A DNA stretch of 64,000 nt from Octopus vulgaris. Taxonomy: Eukaryota. The position numbers and the translations under genes were made by a program. This document shows, piece by piece, positions 1 to 13,453 of the stretch. The DNA lies in assembly GCA_951406725.2 (NCBI GenBank), contig OX597816.1, positions 67,518,001 to 67,582,000 on the forward strand, read 5' to 3'. The number at the start of each line of letters is the position of its first letter. Positions within the stretch are counted from its first letter, which is position 1. The notes beneath the pieces were generated by a model. That model saw only the letters and a list, made by a program, of their open reading frames with translations. It was not told where the DNA came from and did not search any database.

Positions 1-403
1 AAGTTTGTTTCACAACTATGTGGTTCCAGGTTCGATCTCATCGTGCGGAATTTTTGATAAACATCTTTAACGGCCTCTCATGAGCTAATCAATCCTTTGT
101 TATTGAAATTTCGTAGACTGATACAGTATGAATCGAATTCCTCTTTTCCCTGTCCGTCCGTCCGTCCATCCATCCATTCATCCATCCATCTATCCAGCCA
201 TCCATTCATTCATCCATCCATCCATTCATCCATCCACACATCTCTCTCCCCCTCTCTCTCCCCTCTACCCCCTCTCTCTATCTATCCATCAATCTATCTA
301 ATCTATCTGTAAACGAGGTGCATTTTAGACTTGTTTTAGGAGTGTCAATTATAATTGTCCTAGATTATTGTAATTTTAGTATATCATTACTATACATCTA
401 ATA

Positions 404-710
404 GGTGGCGCAATGGCCCAGTGGTTAGGGCAGCGGACTCGCGGTCGGAGGATCGCGGTTTCGATTCCTAGACCGGGCGTTGTGAGTGTTTATTGAGTGA
501 AAACACCTAAAAGCTCCACGAGGCTCCGGCAGGGGGTGGTGGCGACCCCTGTTGTACTCTTTTGCCCCAACTTTCTCTCACTCTCTCTTCCTGTTTCTTG
601 AGTAACGCTGCGATGGACTGGCGTCCCGTCCAGCTGGGGGGAACACATACGCCACAGAAACCGGGAAACCGGACCCACGAGCCTGGCTAGGCTTGAAAAG
701 GGTGACGTTT
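404..710 (+). mobile_element. tRNA-derived SINE, full length, head A plus tail module 1
   Basis: A-box/B-box tRNA-like head (TGGCCCAGTGG...GGTTTCGATTCC). Perfect 13-bp TSD TATACATCTAATA at 391-403 and 711-723. Confidence 0.9.
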
Positions 711-799
711 TATACATCTAATAAGCTGACCGGCCAACTTCTGTCATTCAAGGTTGAAGGAGATGGTTGTAACAAGCTCGTTCAGTACACATTACTAAA

Positions 800-1513
800 C
801 ACTGCTTGTCACATCTGATTAATTTGCAGAATGTAGTTGGGACGTTGTTTGAAAACTTGCTATGCAATGAAGTTTTGTGTTAAACTGGGGAAAATGCTAA
901 GAGACCCATGAAATGCTCCAGAGTGCTTATGGATAAGATTTCTCGCTAGCACCAGAGGTTCAAGGACGGTAGAGAGGAGGTGAGAGATGATGAGAGCTGC
1001 GGGAGAGAAAGAGAGAGGGAGAGAAAGAGAGAAAGAGAGAGAGAGGTCAGAACATCAGAACTGATTGAGAAAATTCGCAATTTTCTGGATAAATAAGAAG
1101 TATTTGTGGCAACTGTATACAAATTATTGATAAAGATCTGAGCACGAGTAAAATTTGTGCAAATTTTATTCCCAGGATGTTCTGTGACGAGCAGCCTGGT
1201 AACCAACTACTTGACCGAAATGGTCATCAAGACTGACCCTCACCCTCTCAACAGTCCATACCTTCCTGTGACTTTTCGTGGTTCCCCAGGCTGAAGGAGA
1301 ATCTCAGCGACAGTCGTTCAAAGACGAAGGCGGCTATGACAAGGGTCCTAGACGGCTTCACACATGGGGCCTTCAAGAAATGACTGGAATACTACAGTAT
1401 TCATTGAAGTCAAAGGATCTTACTTTGAAGGAAATTAGAGTTGTATACGTCTTTGAAATTAATAGACGTCTCACTTGAAAAAGTCTGAAAACTTCTGGAA
1501 TGCAACTTGTATA
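800..1513 (+). mobile_element. Decayed mariner transposon, internally deleted
   Basis: Frameshifted translation gives the mariner HTH start (AMKFCVKLG..ETHEMLQSAYG) and a degenerate PHP..SP...PCDF motif near 1240-1277. A (GA)n tract is inserted. Confidence 0.75.
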
Positions 1514-2394
1514 TGAGACAAACATCGTGTTTATCTCGTAAACGTTGGTAAAACGTTGATTTAGGTTTCTTTTCGATATAGCTATTCCGATGGTCATTCC
1601 CCTATATTCCGAGCTGTCTTTCCGTCTTAATCTTCGGGAAGATTTCCACACGACCCTTCTTGTCAACTTACAACGGCATACTCCATTTCTTTCTTTGCAA
1701 TTGATATGAAAGCTTGTGCTACATAAGCCACAATACATTTTACAAGAATACATATCAAAAGGGCTGGGAAAACAGATGGATCCATTAAATGGATGATTTG
1801 TTAGATCTACCCATTTCTTTCTATGACTTAAACAACAGAGATAAGTTTCTTAAACTGAAATATCTAATACACTGTTGAGTGTGGCGTCTGCAAACATTAT
1901 ACTATGAAGTCTGTTGATATCGTATCGCGTACGAACTTAAGCCATTTTATTATTTCCTCAAAGTCTACTATTCCTATTCTTTTTTTGTCTTCTTAATACA
2001 CCCTGACCCTGTTGTTTTGTGTGTAACCAAATAATCGTATCTGAAAGACAAAGCACTGAACTTTGCACATCTGTGACACATTTCTCATTATTCTAACAAG
2101 GTCTATCATTAAGATGTTCGATTTGGCATTTTCAACATTGTAGAATCTCTTCTAATTACTAGCGGATTTATCACGAGCCTTCTGTGATGTGGGTGAAGTA
2201 TGCACCGTTTGGGTATTCCGTTGATGCTTATGTTCTCTGCCCATCACCCGATTCCCCATTGGTGACTTTTCTATGCTCAAGAATGAGATTTATGTATTGT
2301 ATAGTACAACCGTTTATGTGAAGAATCGTTTTGATGATAAGATTAATGTGTCAACATACCGAGAGCACAGTGCTATATTAATATTGGTTTCGAA

Positions 2395-2585
2395 TTTTGG
2401 CAAATGGCCAGTAGTTTCCGGGAAGGCCAGCAATTTCGACCCCGGTGCTCAATTGGTACTTATTTTATCGACCCAGAAAAGATGAAAGGCAAAGTCGACC
2501 TTTGAACTCAGAACGTAAGGACTGACAAAATGCCGCTAAGCATTTTGCCCAGCATGAAAACGATTCTGCAGCTCGCTGCCTTCAA
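2395..2585 (-). mobile_element. SINE family B fragment (GGCGGCGAGCTGGCAG head)
   Basis: Reverse complement of the family seen intact at 47336 and 50829. Confidence 0.75.
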
Positions 2586-2867
2586 GTGCTATATTAATAT
2601 TAGAAGCTCTTAATTTTTTAAATAAATTGCTTATTCCACCGCACCATAGAAAAGTTGGTGACATCCACCGATACCAACTACAATTGCATCAGTTTTCATC
2701 TGATTATAAAGTAAGTGAAATTAAATGTGTGTTTTTTAAATGTGACTTTAAGGTTGGTGCCAAATGCATGTGTAGTCATACTTCTGACGCTTTATTATCT
2801 TGAAAGATGTTGGGTTGGTTTACTTCATATGGGGTGGGGGCTTATACATATATAAATATATACATAC

Positions 2868-2917
<50 letters not shown>

Positions 2918-2920
<3 letters not shown>

Positions 2921-3109
2921 GAGAATTAAAAAAACAAAAAACAAAAGACGAAGATAGGGGGTGTAGACAACAAACAGATGTATTAGTATAGCGCTCGGGA
3001 AGTGAAAAAGTCTTTAACATTTCGGGCCTAGGCTCTTCCACAGAAAGGAACACAGAAAGAAACAAGGAGAGAAAATAAAGAATGTGTAGTGGCTAGCGTT
3101 CTATCATGG

Positions 3110-3112
<3 letters not shown>
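2918..3112 (-). mobile_element. ~190-bp short repeat with a variant hammerhead motif (putatively Penelope-derived), copy 1
   Basis: Clearly homologous to 17815-18003 and 61878-62070. Flanked by (TA)n on both sides. Confidence 0.7.
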
Positions 3113-3180
<68 letters not shown>

Positions 3181-3732
3181 GGTTAATTAACATGACATAG
3201 AATTATCATCGGAAGAAGGTCATGCACAGGAACTCGAACGGATGCAAGGCAGATAAGGCCTTTCGTCTCTTTAGCTGCTCGTCTAAGAGAGGATACTCCA
3301 TACAAATCTTAAACCCTGATTACTGGGCTCATGGTATTTGTTGCACCCGACCAATACAAATTTGAAAGACATGAGAGTGAAACGGGGTTATATTACCAAC
3401 ATAATAATATTCATCGTGTAGGTTGTTTAGTAAAGGATGACATCAGTATCAACACAATCATTGTTTTTACATAAGTACAGGGGCAGTAGGAAAGGAGCCG
3501 ACGTGGACACGTAGAGGATGCTCCTGGAAGTCTTCAGCTTTGATCGTGCACAAGGAGCTGGCCGTTTTGGGCGTGTCTCGCTGAACATTCATGCTCCGAA
3601 GCGACGGGAGAGTCTACCAGTTATAAAGACCAAACCCTATAAAAATCATTAAAATCCGTGAACAGTAAAATATTTTTGTAAATTGTGGAAAGTGTTTTCA
3701 AAATTTGTGTGGCGGTGTGGTAAGTAGCTACA

Positions 3733-4175
<443 letters not shown>

Positions 4176-4554
4176 TTTAGTTGTTGTTGAAGTTGAGGGA
4201 GTTTGAAAAATAGTCAGGTGACAGGTACTATTTTTTCAAGAAATTTTTCTTCAACCCTGACCCGATTGTAATTAAGAAAGCTAATAAAATATCTGCATAA
4301 TTGTTAGTGTTGGATTCTAATTCTAGTGTTGGATCTCTGTTAAGTTTTACATAAATTTTTGTCTCACACAAATATCTAATTTGCATCCTTCAAGACTTCC
4401 ATGCTTCCTGAGATTCGCCAACACTACACTTGATTTTCTCCCCTCCATACACACACAAGCATGTTCACTTTCCAGACATTTCTACATTACTGCATGTACT
4501 TTATATGCACTTTCTGACAAGTTGTGGTTCACCTGAGCACTGTATACAATAATT

Positions 4555-4585
<31 letters not shown>

Positions 4586-5077
4586 AACTTTCAAGTTTCA
4601 AAAAATTGGGTCATGTTAAATTCTAATGATTTCTTCTCTTCAACTGCAGGGTGCGTAAATATATATATGGAAGAGAGCCACTCCAACAGATCGGGAAGAA
4701 ACTATACAAAATATTTTATGTTGAACTTTTAGAATTAGTCAAGTTTCGTTAACTGTATATCACGTGCTATTTTTCCATGATCCTCTTTCATTTGACCAAG
4801 ATATTTAAAATTTTTGTCGCATTTCTGATCTTTCTGATGTCTAAGGATGGTTGTTTAAGTGTATGAGTCTTTTTTCAAATAAATCTTACGCTGAATCTCC
4901 CTGGGAACTAAGTTAAGGGTACGCATGTCTGCGAAGTGCTCAGCCACTTGCACGTTAATTTCATGAGCCGGCTGTTCTGTCGATCAGATCAATTGGAACC
5001 CACGTCATCGTAACCGACAGAGTGCCAGTTATATATGTTATATATATACGTATATATAAATGTGTGTGTGTGTGTGT

Positions 5078-5416
5078 GCTGAGACCCCACTTCGGTCGTG
5101 ACTAACCATGGGATTGCACCTAGAAAGTTACCCTCCCAGGCACAAGTCCGAGCAAGGTTGAAGACCAGCAGTCGTCGCTCATGCATACCAGCCTTTCCTC
5201 TTCACGCCACCAGTGTTATCCAAGGGAAAGGCAAAGGGGCTGATACAGCTTGGCACTTGTGATGTCGCAACTCATTTCTACAGCTGAGTGAACTGGAGCA
5301 ATGTGAAATAAAGTGCTTTGCTCAAGAAAACAAACACACTGTCTGGTCCGGGATTCGAACTCACAACCTCACGATCGTAAGCGCGACGCTCTAACCACTG
5401 AGCCATGCGCCTTCAC
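5078..5416 (-). mobile_element. tRNA-derived SINE with a distinct (RTE-like) 3' tail
   Basis: Minus-strand head GAAGGCGCATGGCTCAGTGGTTAGAGCG...GTTCGAATCCC, followed by a tail unlike that of the other SINEs. Confidence 0.75.
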
Positions 5417-5521
5417 AAGGGTCCTAGACAGCTTCATTTTGGCCCCACCTTCACTCATAGGGCCTTCAAGAAATGACTGGAGTACTACAAGTGTACTGAA
5501 GTCAAAAGATCCTACTTTGAA

Positions 5522-5598
<77 letters not shown>

Positions 5599-6500
5599 CA
5601 TGTATGAATGTATGTGTCCATATACGTGGGTTGTTTCCTAGATCAACCTATTAGTGTAATTCTGGAGAATTAAAGAGGCAAATCTTATTCATTTTGTCCA
5701 TCTACCTCTACAGGAACTTGTAAAGAAGTCTTTCGGAACATCTGTCTCATTTAAGTTTGAATTTCCCTGTTTTTGTCGGGATTTTCCCTTTTTTTTTCAT
5801 GCATTTTTAAAAGAAGAATTTAAAAAATCCATGTCTTTTAAATGTTGGTATCTCCCCATCCAGCCCACACACATACACTCATCGTGCCTATGGAACAGCA
5901 ACAATCACTAAAATAATATTTCTTCTTTTTCATAATTCTCTGTCATTTTACCGTATTCCACATTCTGAAACATTTGTAACTCACATTAAAATAAAAAAAC
6001 GTCTGACCCCCACCCCTATATTACACTTTTCACAATAAAAGAAGGGTCAAACACCGCAAGTGGATGTGCGAGAAACGAAATTTAAATTTTGAAAGGTGTA
6101 TCTATAAAGCGAAGTTTTCAGTCATTTATTTAAACTTTCTCTGCTAACTCATCAAATTCAGTTACCATGACAGCATGGACAACGGACTTTAAATGATGTT
6201 AATGAAATAGATGGGTAAAAGATTTAAATTTGGTGATTTTCCAAGATTTTAATTCTTGTGTATGAAGGGTTCACCGAACTTGAAGAACCTCGGGTTCCTC
6301 ATGGTTTAAATACAGTCCTGGCTAGCAGCAGCTATGAATTCTTCCATACGGCTTTTCTTTTACTTGTTTCAGTCATCCGACTGCGGCCATGATAGATCAC
6401 CGGCTTTGGTCGAACAAATCGACCCCAGGACTTATTCGCCGAACCGCTAAGTTACGGGGTGGTAAACACACCAACATCGATTATCAAGCGATGATGGGAC

Positions 6501-6519
<19 letters not shown>

Positions 6520-6542
<23 letters not shown>

Positions 6543-7921
6543 CGGGCTTCTTTCAGTCTGCGTCTACCAAATCCATCACAAGGCTTTGGTCAGCCCGAGG
6601 CTATAGTAGAAGACCCGAGGTGCCACGCAGTGGGACTGAACCCGGAACCATGTGGTTGGGAAGTAAACTTCATACCACACAGCCACTTCTGCGCCTATGG
6701 TGTGTAACATGAACTAATAAACTCGGCATATACACTAATATCACTTTCCATTAAATTTGAAACCTTATGTGTTGTCTGGTCAAGAAGGGAACTAAAAATG
6801 AGTCACTGTTTTGCATGATGCCATTCCTAAGACTGCTGTAATGAAGTTGAGATCAATTACTTCAAAGGAATTTCCTATGTTTAGAATGACAGCTAACAGG
6901 TCTGTAACACGACACCGTCAACGATGTTAAGGTGCTGACACTTCCTTATGATGGCAAATATTTTCATCGTTAAACATTTATATTTAATAATTTACAGGCA
7001 TGACTGTGTGGTTAAGAAGCCCGCTTTGCAACGACGTGGTTCAAGGTTCAAATGCGTTATGAGAAATAAACAACAAGATGTTGCTTATTTAAATGATGAA
7101 GACTGGTTAAATGACATTGCTTTCTTAACTGACATCACACAACATCTTTCAGATTTAAATGTTAAACTGCAAGGTAAAAGTCATCTTTCGAACACATTTG
7201 ATCCTTTGAAAAGAAATTGCAACTTCTTCAGACACACACACACACACACACACGACGGGCTTCTTTCAGTTTGCGTCTACCAAATCCATCACAAGGATTT
7301 GGTCAGCCCGAGGCTATAGTAGAAGACCCGAGGTGCCACGCAGTGGGACTGAACCCGGAACCATGTGGTTGGGAAGTAAACTTCATACCACACAGCCACT
7401 CCTGCGCCTATGGCGTGTAACATGAACTAATAAACTCGGCATATACACTAATATCACTTTCCATTAAATTTGAAACCTTATGTGTTGTCTGGTCAAGAAG
7501 GGAACTAAAAATGAGTCACTGTTTTGCATGATGCCATTCCTAAGACTGCTGTAATGAAGTTGAGATCAATTACTTCAAAGGAATTTCCTATGTTTAGAAT
7601 GACAGCTAACAGGTCTGTAACACGACACCGTCAACGATGTTAAGGTGCTGACACTTCCTTATGATGGCAAATATTTTCATCGTTAAACATTTATATTTGA
7701 TAATTTGCAGGCATGACTGTGTGGTTAAGAAGCCCGCTTTGCAACGACGTAGTTCAAGGTTCAAATGCGTTATGAGAAATAAACAACAAGATGTTGCTTA
7801 TTTAAATGATGAAGACTGGTTAAATGGCATTGCTTTCTTAACTGACATCACACAACATCTTTCAGATTTAAATGTTAAACTGCAAGGTAAAAGTCATCTT
7901 TCGAACACATTTGATCCTTTG
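6520..7921. repeat. Recent ~713-bp tandem segmental duplication
   Basis: About 6520-7208 is repeated at about 7233-7921 with few substitutions. ORFs 6948 and 7661 are offset by 713 bp. The junction lies in a (CA)n tract. Confidence 0.92.
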
Positions 7922-9078
7922 ATCAGTACAACAGCACTGTGGAGGCGCAATGGCCCAGTGGTTAGGGCAGCGGACTCACGGTCGTAAGAACGCGGTTTCG
8001 ATTCCCAAACATTGTGAGTGTTTATTGAGCAAAAACAACTAAGTTCCACTAGGCTCCGGCGGAAAGGGGGAGGGTGAACCCCGCTGTACTCTTTCACTAC
8101 AACTTTCTCTCACTCTTTCTTCCTACTTCTGCCACTATGGTGTGGTAAACTTCCAGACCCTATTCTAGATTGCGAAGCCTCTGTACCCAAGGATGGTTCA
8201 GCTCTCCACCCGTTAAAAAAGCCACCGTTTACGGAATGAGAATAACAACGTAGCTTTCGCGCCTGTGCAACCACCAGTCTATCGCGTGTGATGGGTGGAT
8301 CTTCAAGTTGCCACACGCATTCTTAGTAGATTAGAGTAGGTTCGAATTAGAGATTATTCTTTGTGGCTAATGGCGTGAGTCCTGATTGGAAGAAGAAGAA
8401 CAACAACAACAGCACTCACTCATTTTCTCAGTCTAGCAGTCAGAAAAAGCAGATTGTCCCAAATATGCTGAAAGTGTTGGCAAGTTGTGTGCTGAATTTA
8501 CAAGCAGATTTGCTGATTTCAGGGAATGTGAAAGTGAGTTCAAGGTGTTTTCTCGGCCATTTTACATGGCACCAGAGGGCAGTCCTGATTGGTGTCAAAT
8601 GGAGCTGATAGATTTGCAGTCTGATATGGACTTGAGAAGAGCATACGATAACGATGACTTGATAACCTTCTACAAAAATTATGTATGCGGAAGGCATCCA
8701 AATTTGGAGCAACATGCCAGGAAAACGACACCCCTTTTTGGCAGCATATATTGTTGTGAGCATTTCTTCTCAAGAATGAAATTCACCAGAAACAGATACC
8801 AAAGTCAGCTCATAGACGAACATCTGACTTGTTAGGTTCGAGTTGCTACCACATCAGTCAAAGCGGACATTGATAAATTGTGCAGAAACACAAAATACCA
8901 AGTCTCACATTAATAAAGCTAAACTTAATTTTATTCGTCTTTATTGTTTAAAAATGTAATTTTATGACTCAATACACTAGGTGTCATTAGATTACATGTT
9001 TTTGATAGTGACTGACCCTAATTGTCGTTTCAATGTAGGAAAGTGGCCCACCAATGAAAAAGGTTACACACCCCTACT
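7052..9078 (+). mobile_element. hAT (Charlie/SPIN/GTF2IRD2-like) transposase relic, 3' half
   Basis: Translations LNDEDWLNDIAFLTDITQHLSDLNVKLQGK and FGSIYCCEHFFSRMK...LIDEHL...YQVSH* (hAT dimerisation domain). TIR-like AAAAGGTTACACACCCCT near 9058-9076. Interrupted by the duplication and by a SINE. Confidence 0.85.
7939..8404 (+). mobile_element. SINE head A plus a LINE-like tail module 2 ending in (AAG)n(AAC)n
   Basis: Same head as 404. TSD ACAACAGCACT at about 7928-7938 and 8405-8415. Inserted in the hAT relic. Confidence 0.8.
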
Positions 9079-9136
9079 ATAGACCAATGTCTTGTGAGTG
9101 ATTTTGGCTGACGGAAGCTATGTAGAACCCGTCGTG

Positions 9137-9213
<77 letters not shown>

Positions 9214-9235
9214 CTCTCTCTCTCTATATATATGT

Positions 9236-9455
9236 GTTTCTTTATTGCCCACGAGGGGCTAAACATAGAGGGAACAAACAAGGACAGACAAACGGATTAA
9301 GTCGATTACATCGACCCAGTGCGTAACTGGTACTTAATTTATCGACCCCGAAAGGATGAAAGGCAAAGTCGACCTCGGCGGAATTTGAACTCAGAACGCA
9401 ACGACAGACGCAATACCGCTAAGCATTTCGCCCGGTGTGCTAACGTTTTTGCCTG
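9236..9455 (-). mobile_element. SINE family B
   Basis: Reverse complement of the 47336 unit. Confidence 0.85.
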
Positions 9456-9733
9456 CTCTCTCTCTCTATATGTGTGTGTGTGTGTACTGGGGTCGATGTG
9501 TCTGTGTGTGTATATTGGGGTCGATTTGTGTGTGTGTGTGCGTGTGTGTGTGTGTACTGGGGTCGATTTGTTCAACTAAACCCTTTAAAGTGGTGTCTCA
9601 GAATGACCACAGTCCAATGACTGAAAAGGTACAACACCGCTAGTTTCAGAATCAATCAAGGGTCCCGAGCTCCACCACGATGGGGTTTCAAATCACTTTG
9701 TCAACCTATTTCATTTTCAGTTAATGCATTTAA

Positions 9734-10052
9734 TGTGAAGGCGCGTGGTTTGGTGGTTAGAGTATTTGGCTCTCGACCTTACAGTCGTGAGTTCGATTCC
9801 AGGTCGCGCGTTGTGTCTTTGAGCAAGACACTTTATTTCAAGTTGCTCCAGTTCACTCAGCTGGCAGAAATGAGTAGTACCTGTCTTTCAAAGAATTAGC
9901 CTTGTCACACTCTGTGACTCTTTGTGAACTATGTTAAGGGTACACGCGTCTGTGGATTGTTCAGCCATTTACAAGTTAATTTCACGAGCAGGCTGTTCCG
10001 TTGATCGGTTCAATTGGAAGGAACACTCGTCGTTGTAACCGACGGAGTGCTA
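9734..10052 (+). mobile_element. tRNA-derived SINE family E
   Basis: tRNA-like head. Tail ...CGTAACCGACGGAGTGC shared with 28192-28513 and 4890-5030. Confidence 0.8.
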
Positions 10053-10329
10053 GTTCGATGCATTTAATATTCTTTTTTAATAAAAATTTGCTTCTATATT
10101 CAAGAGATGAGGAATTGTGTACATCATTTACATTATTTTCATTCGACGGATATTTGTCCTCATCTTGTTTGTTGTTAACACAACGTTTCGGCTGATATAC
10201 CCTCTGATATAACCACTACGCCATGTGTCCACGGGCATATGGCATAGTGGTTAAGAGCGCGGGCTACTAATCCCAAGATTCCGAGTTCGATTTCAAGCAG
10301 TGACCTGAACAACGGCGACTACAACAACA

Positions 10330-10902
10330 ACAACAATAATAATAATAAATGCCCTGATGCAGTACCAGACTGTGGCTCTCGTGGCTTCTGATCTTAACTG
10401 ATTGGAAGTGTTATCATGTACATTGTTTTGTCTTGGTATAAAAGATGGGCTACAGCAAATATTCTGCTCAATACCACAGATTTGCCTGTCAGTTGTTTGA
10501 CCTTAACCAGGTGAGCATTTCCCTTAGTGACTTTCGATATGTGCATCTCTGATCATGAGTAGAAGTAGTGGGGGAGCATCACAGCCATGTGCTGAGAGGA
10601 ATTCTTTGGGGCTTGGATAATTCAACCTTGGAAATATGGGTTTTTCGTTCATCATCCTTAAACAAACCTTATTCAGTGACCTTGTGAGCAGGATGGGTTA
10701 CTTGACCTGAAGAAAATTCTAACTGAGCCCCACCTGCAAGATCATGCGCTGTGTATCTTGATATGAGATCACCATGTCCCGCATATGGTTGTGATTCACG
10801 TGCCTGGTGTACCCTTATCAGACAGGTAGTCATGATGGGCATACTGGGTTTCGTATATTTTACCCCAGTGTCACTTTGATGGCATGCACTGCTCTCTCAC
10901 TC

Positions 10903-10981
<79 letters not shown>

Positions 10982-11010
10982 TTAATAATAATAATAACAA
11001 CAACAAAAAC
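10330..11010 (+). mobile_element. Non-LTR 3'-end element with an (AAT)n tail (R4/Dong-like by inference)
   Basis: Second copy at 35965-36510. Both end in CTCTCACTC(AAT)n, and this copy is also preceded by AAT repeats. Confidence 0.6.
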
Positions 11011-11011
11011 A

Positions 11012-12020
11012 ATAGCACTCAGAGAAGGCAAACCTCCATCAAGGCAACACCAGCATCCTCTCAATGATTAGCTGGAGATGATTTTTAAAACGAGAATATC
11101 TGAAATATACTCGACTGCTCTCACAAATGAGAATACTAAGAATGAACCCAATCACTTTCAAAAGTTAAGTTAAAAATCTCAGAAAAATAATCCAGAATCC
11201 TTGTCCAGTACCTGATCAATCCCAATGGTAGTCATGGAATGTGAAGGTGAGTGTCCGCGCCGTGTTTGTAATGCTGTGTGTGTGTGTCATCTGCAGTTGA
11301 AACAAATACAATTTTCTCTATGAAGGCCTTTTTTTTTAGTCTATCCAGTGATATAGTGTCTTTACGACCATTAAAGGTCTATAGTGAAAAATTTATCCGT
11401 GCGTGAAAGAAAATGGAAAGGAACTGCATACGGTGCTGTTAATGGAGGTTTAACAACATCGTTGCGCACAAAAACATGAGTCCAAGAAGTAAAGCTTCCT
11501 TCAAGACAGAGCTAGAAATGCAATTGTCAAGTAGGTAAGAGGTTATAAACAGAAGCGGCATATTTAGAATTGGTAAAACTAAAAGTTGTCAAAGATAAAT
11601 TAAATTTATTATTGTTACTGAATACGTTAGTGTTATTTAATTTCTGAACGGTTTTGCTGCTGTTTGTTTATGTAGTTTGGTTTCTTTATTCATCAGTTTC
11701 TACTGAGATTGAGACGCGAGTAAAATTAATAATAGAGAAAGGAAAATAAAACTTTGGAAACAGCAACGCTGCCATAACTTACGTGGAAACCGTGAGCGTG
11801 CTTTCAAGGGAGGTAATCAAGAGAAGGACTTAAAAGTGAACGTAAGATCGTAATACTTCATGTAAAGTAAATATAACAAATAATCCAGAATCCTTGTCCG
11901 GTACCGGATCGATCCCAAAATCTAACCAGCTCATGCCTGTCATGAGGCCAAACATACCAAGGAAAACAAACAAACACGACTGAAAACAATACCTCCGCCT
12001 TCCTTAAGGTGGAGGTAATA
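11012..12020 (-). mobile_element. Helentron-associated non-autonomous element (HINE-like) with an internal insertion
   Basis: On the minus strand it starts TTATTACCTCCACC..GGCGGAGGT and ends CCTTGATGGAGGTTTGCCTTCTCTGAGTGC. TAATCCAGAATCCTTGTCC is duplicated at about 11188 and 11881. Confidence 0.6.
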
Positions 12021-13201
12021 ATAACTATAATTCTTTCTAATTTTGGTAGCTGGCCAGCAATTTTGGGAAACGAATCGATCCCTACTTAACCGGTACTTTA
12101 TTTTATGGACACCGGAGAAATGAAAGGCAAAAATATCCTCGGCGAGATTTGAACTAAGCCCGTAAAAATGACAGAACAAGTACTGCAATACATTTTCCGG
12201 AGCTCTAACGATTATGACACTCAAAACAATATTTATTTGTGTATTAGCTATATTGGCTCGATAAAAATGAAATACGAAAAGAATGTGAGAGTTATTTTGC
12301 AAAGTCGTCATACTATACATACGGTCAGAAGCTAAAAATTGATAAAAGCGCACATGGAATAAGAAAAAAAAAAAAAGGACATAGTATAATAAAATCCATA
12401 ATAATTAAAAAAAGATATAATTTATAAAGTAAAGTGATGAATGGAAAGAAGAGAAAAAATTCTCGTTTGGATCGTCGCCCACACAAAAGAGAAGCTACTG
12501 GCTAGGTTAGGTGGGAACAGATCAACGTCTCAACACTCCTCTTATTTCTGGTATTGACTTCCTGTGCACCCACAGGCGTCTGTTGATGTAGGTTTTTCTT
12601 GGAAATAACCCACGTATATGGATACATACATACATAAATAAATACATACATGTATGTATGTATGTATGTATGTATGTATGTATGTATGTATGTATGTATG
12701 TATGTATGTGTGTGTGTGTGTGTGTATGCATATTTGTATATATATATTCGTCTATTTATACATATATGTCTATATATGTATATATGTACGTATATATACA
12801 TATACATACGTATATTTATGCATATATATATATATGTGTGTGTGTGGTGTGTGTATGTGTGTATCATGTGTGAGTGTGTGCGTGTCTACGTATACATATT
12901 CTTTAAGATCGTATTTAGGTCATCTAGCAAAGTGATGAAAATTTCCTACTGACTTCATATTTTTTCTGGGGACAACCTATTTTATTCTATGTTCTCCGGC
13001 TCAGCTGGTTGCCGAGAACATATATTAGAACGTCAAGAAACCCAACTAAGTGTACGCCAAATTCTTTGCTACACTGTGTCTATACTCCACCTCTAGAAAT
13101 GCCTCCCATCAACTTAAAAGGACACAAAGTGGCAATAAATAAAATATTTACGAAACAGCATGAACTTGTTTCTATTAAATTAAATTCTCCTTCTTTTAGG
13201 G

Positions 13202-13453
13202 CAGTGAGTCTTAAACATCTTTTTTTACCTATAGGCTACTTTGATTGTTATTTTATTCGGGTGAACTTCCACAGCCATTCGATGTTTTAAAAAATATTAT
13301 ATTTTTTATAATTAAATATTATAAGAAATTGTACAAAAATAGTTAAAATATTTTGTGTATCGCAGAAGTATAACCAATTTATTGCACACATTTTAACAAC
13401 AAAATCTTATATGAAACTGCAAGGGTCATGTGGACCCCGGTTGAGAACTACCG
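13202..13453. mobile_element. hAT MITE (old)
   Basis: Degenerate TIRs CAGTGAGTCTTAAAC / GTTGAGAACTACCG. 8-bp TSD TTTTAGGG / TTTTAGAG. Related to 62788-63178. Confidence 0.7.

Noticed and set aside
404-480. tRNA genes at SINE heads (also 10233, 29200, 49709, 51862)
   Set aside because: The acceptor and anticodon stems are imperfect, and the heads continue into SINE bodies, several with TSDs.
1373-2350. 126-aa Cys-rich ORF and downstream sequence
   Set aside because: It overlaps the mariner end and stop-riddled sequence. Probably a retroelement relic, but I could not assign it.
3363-3385. miR-71-like 5' match TGAAAGACATG
   Set aside because: The 3' part diverges and there is no complementary star arm.
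11235-11256. miR-1-like seed TGGAATGT
   Set aside because: No precursor hairpin, and it lies at the edge of a repeat insertion.
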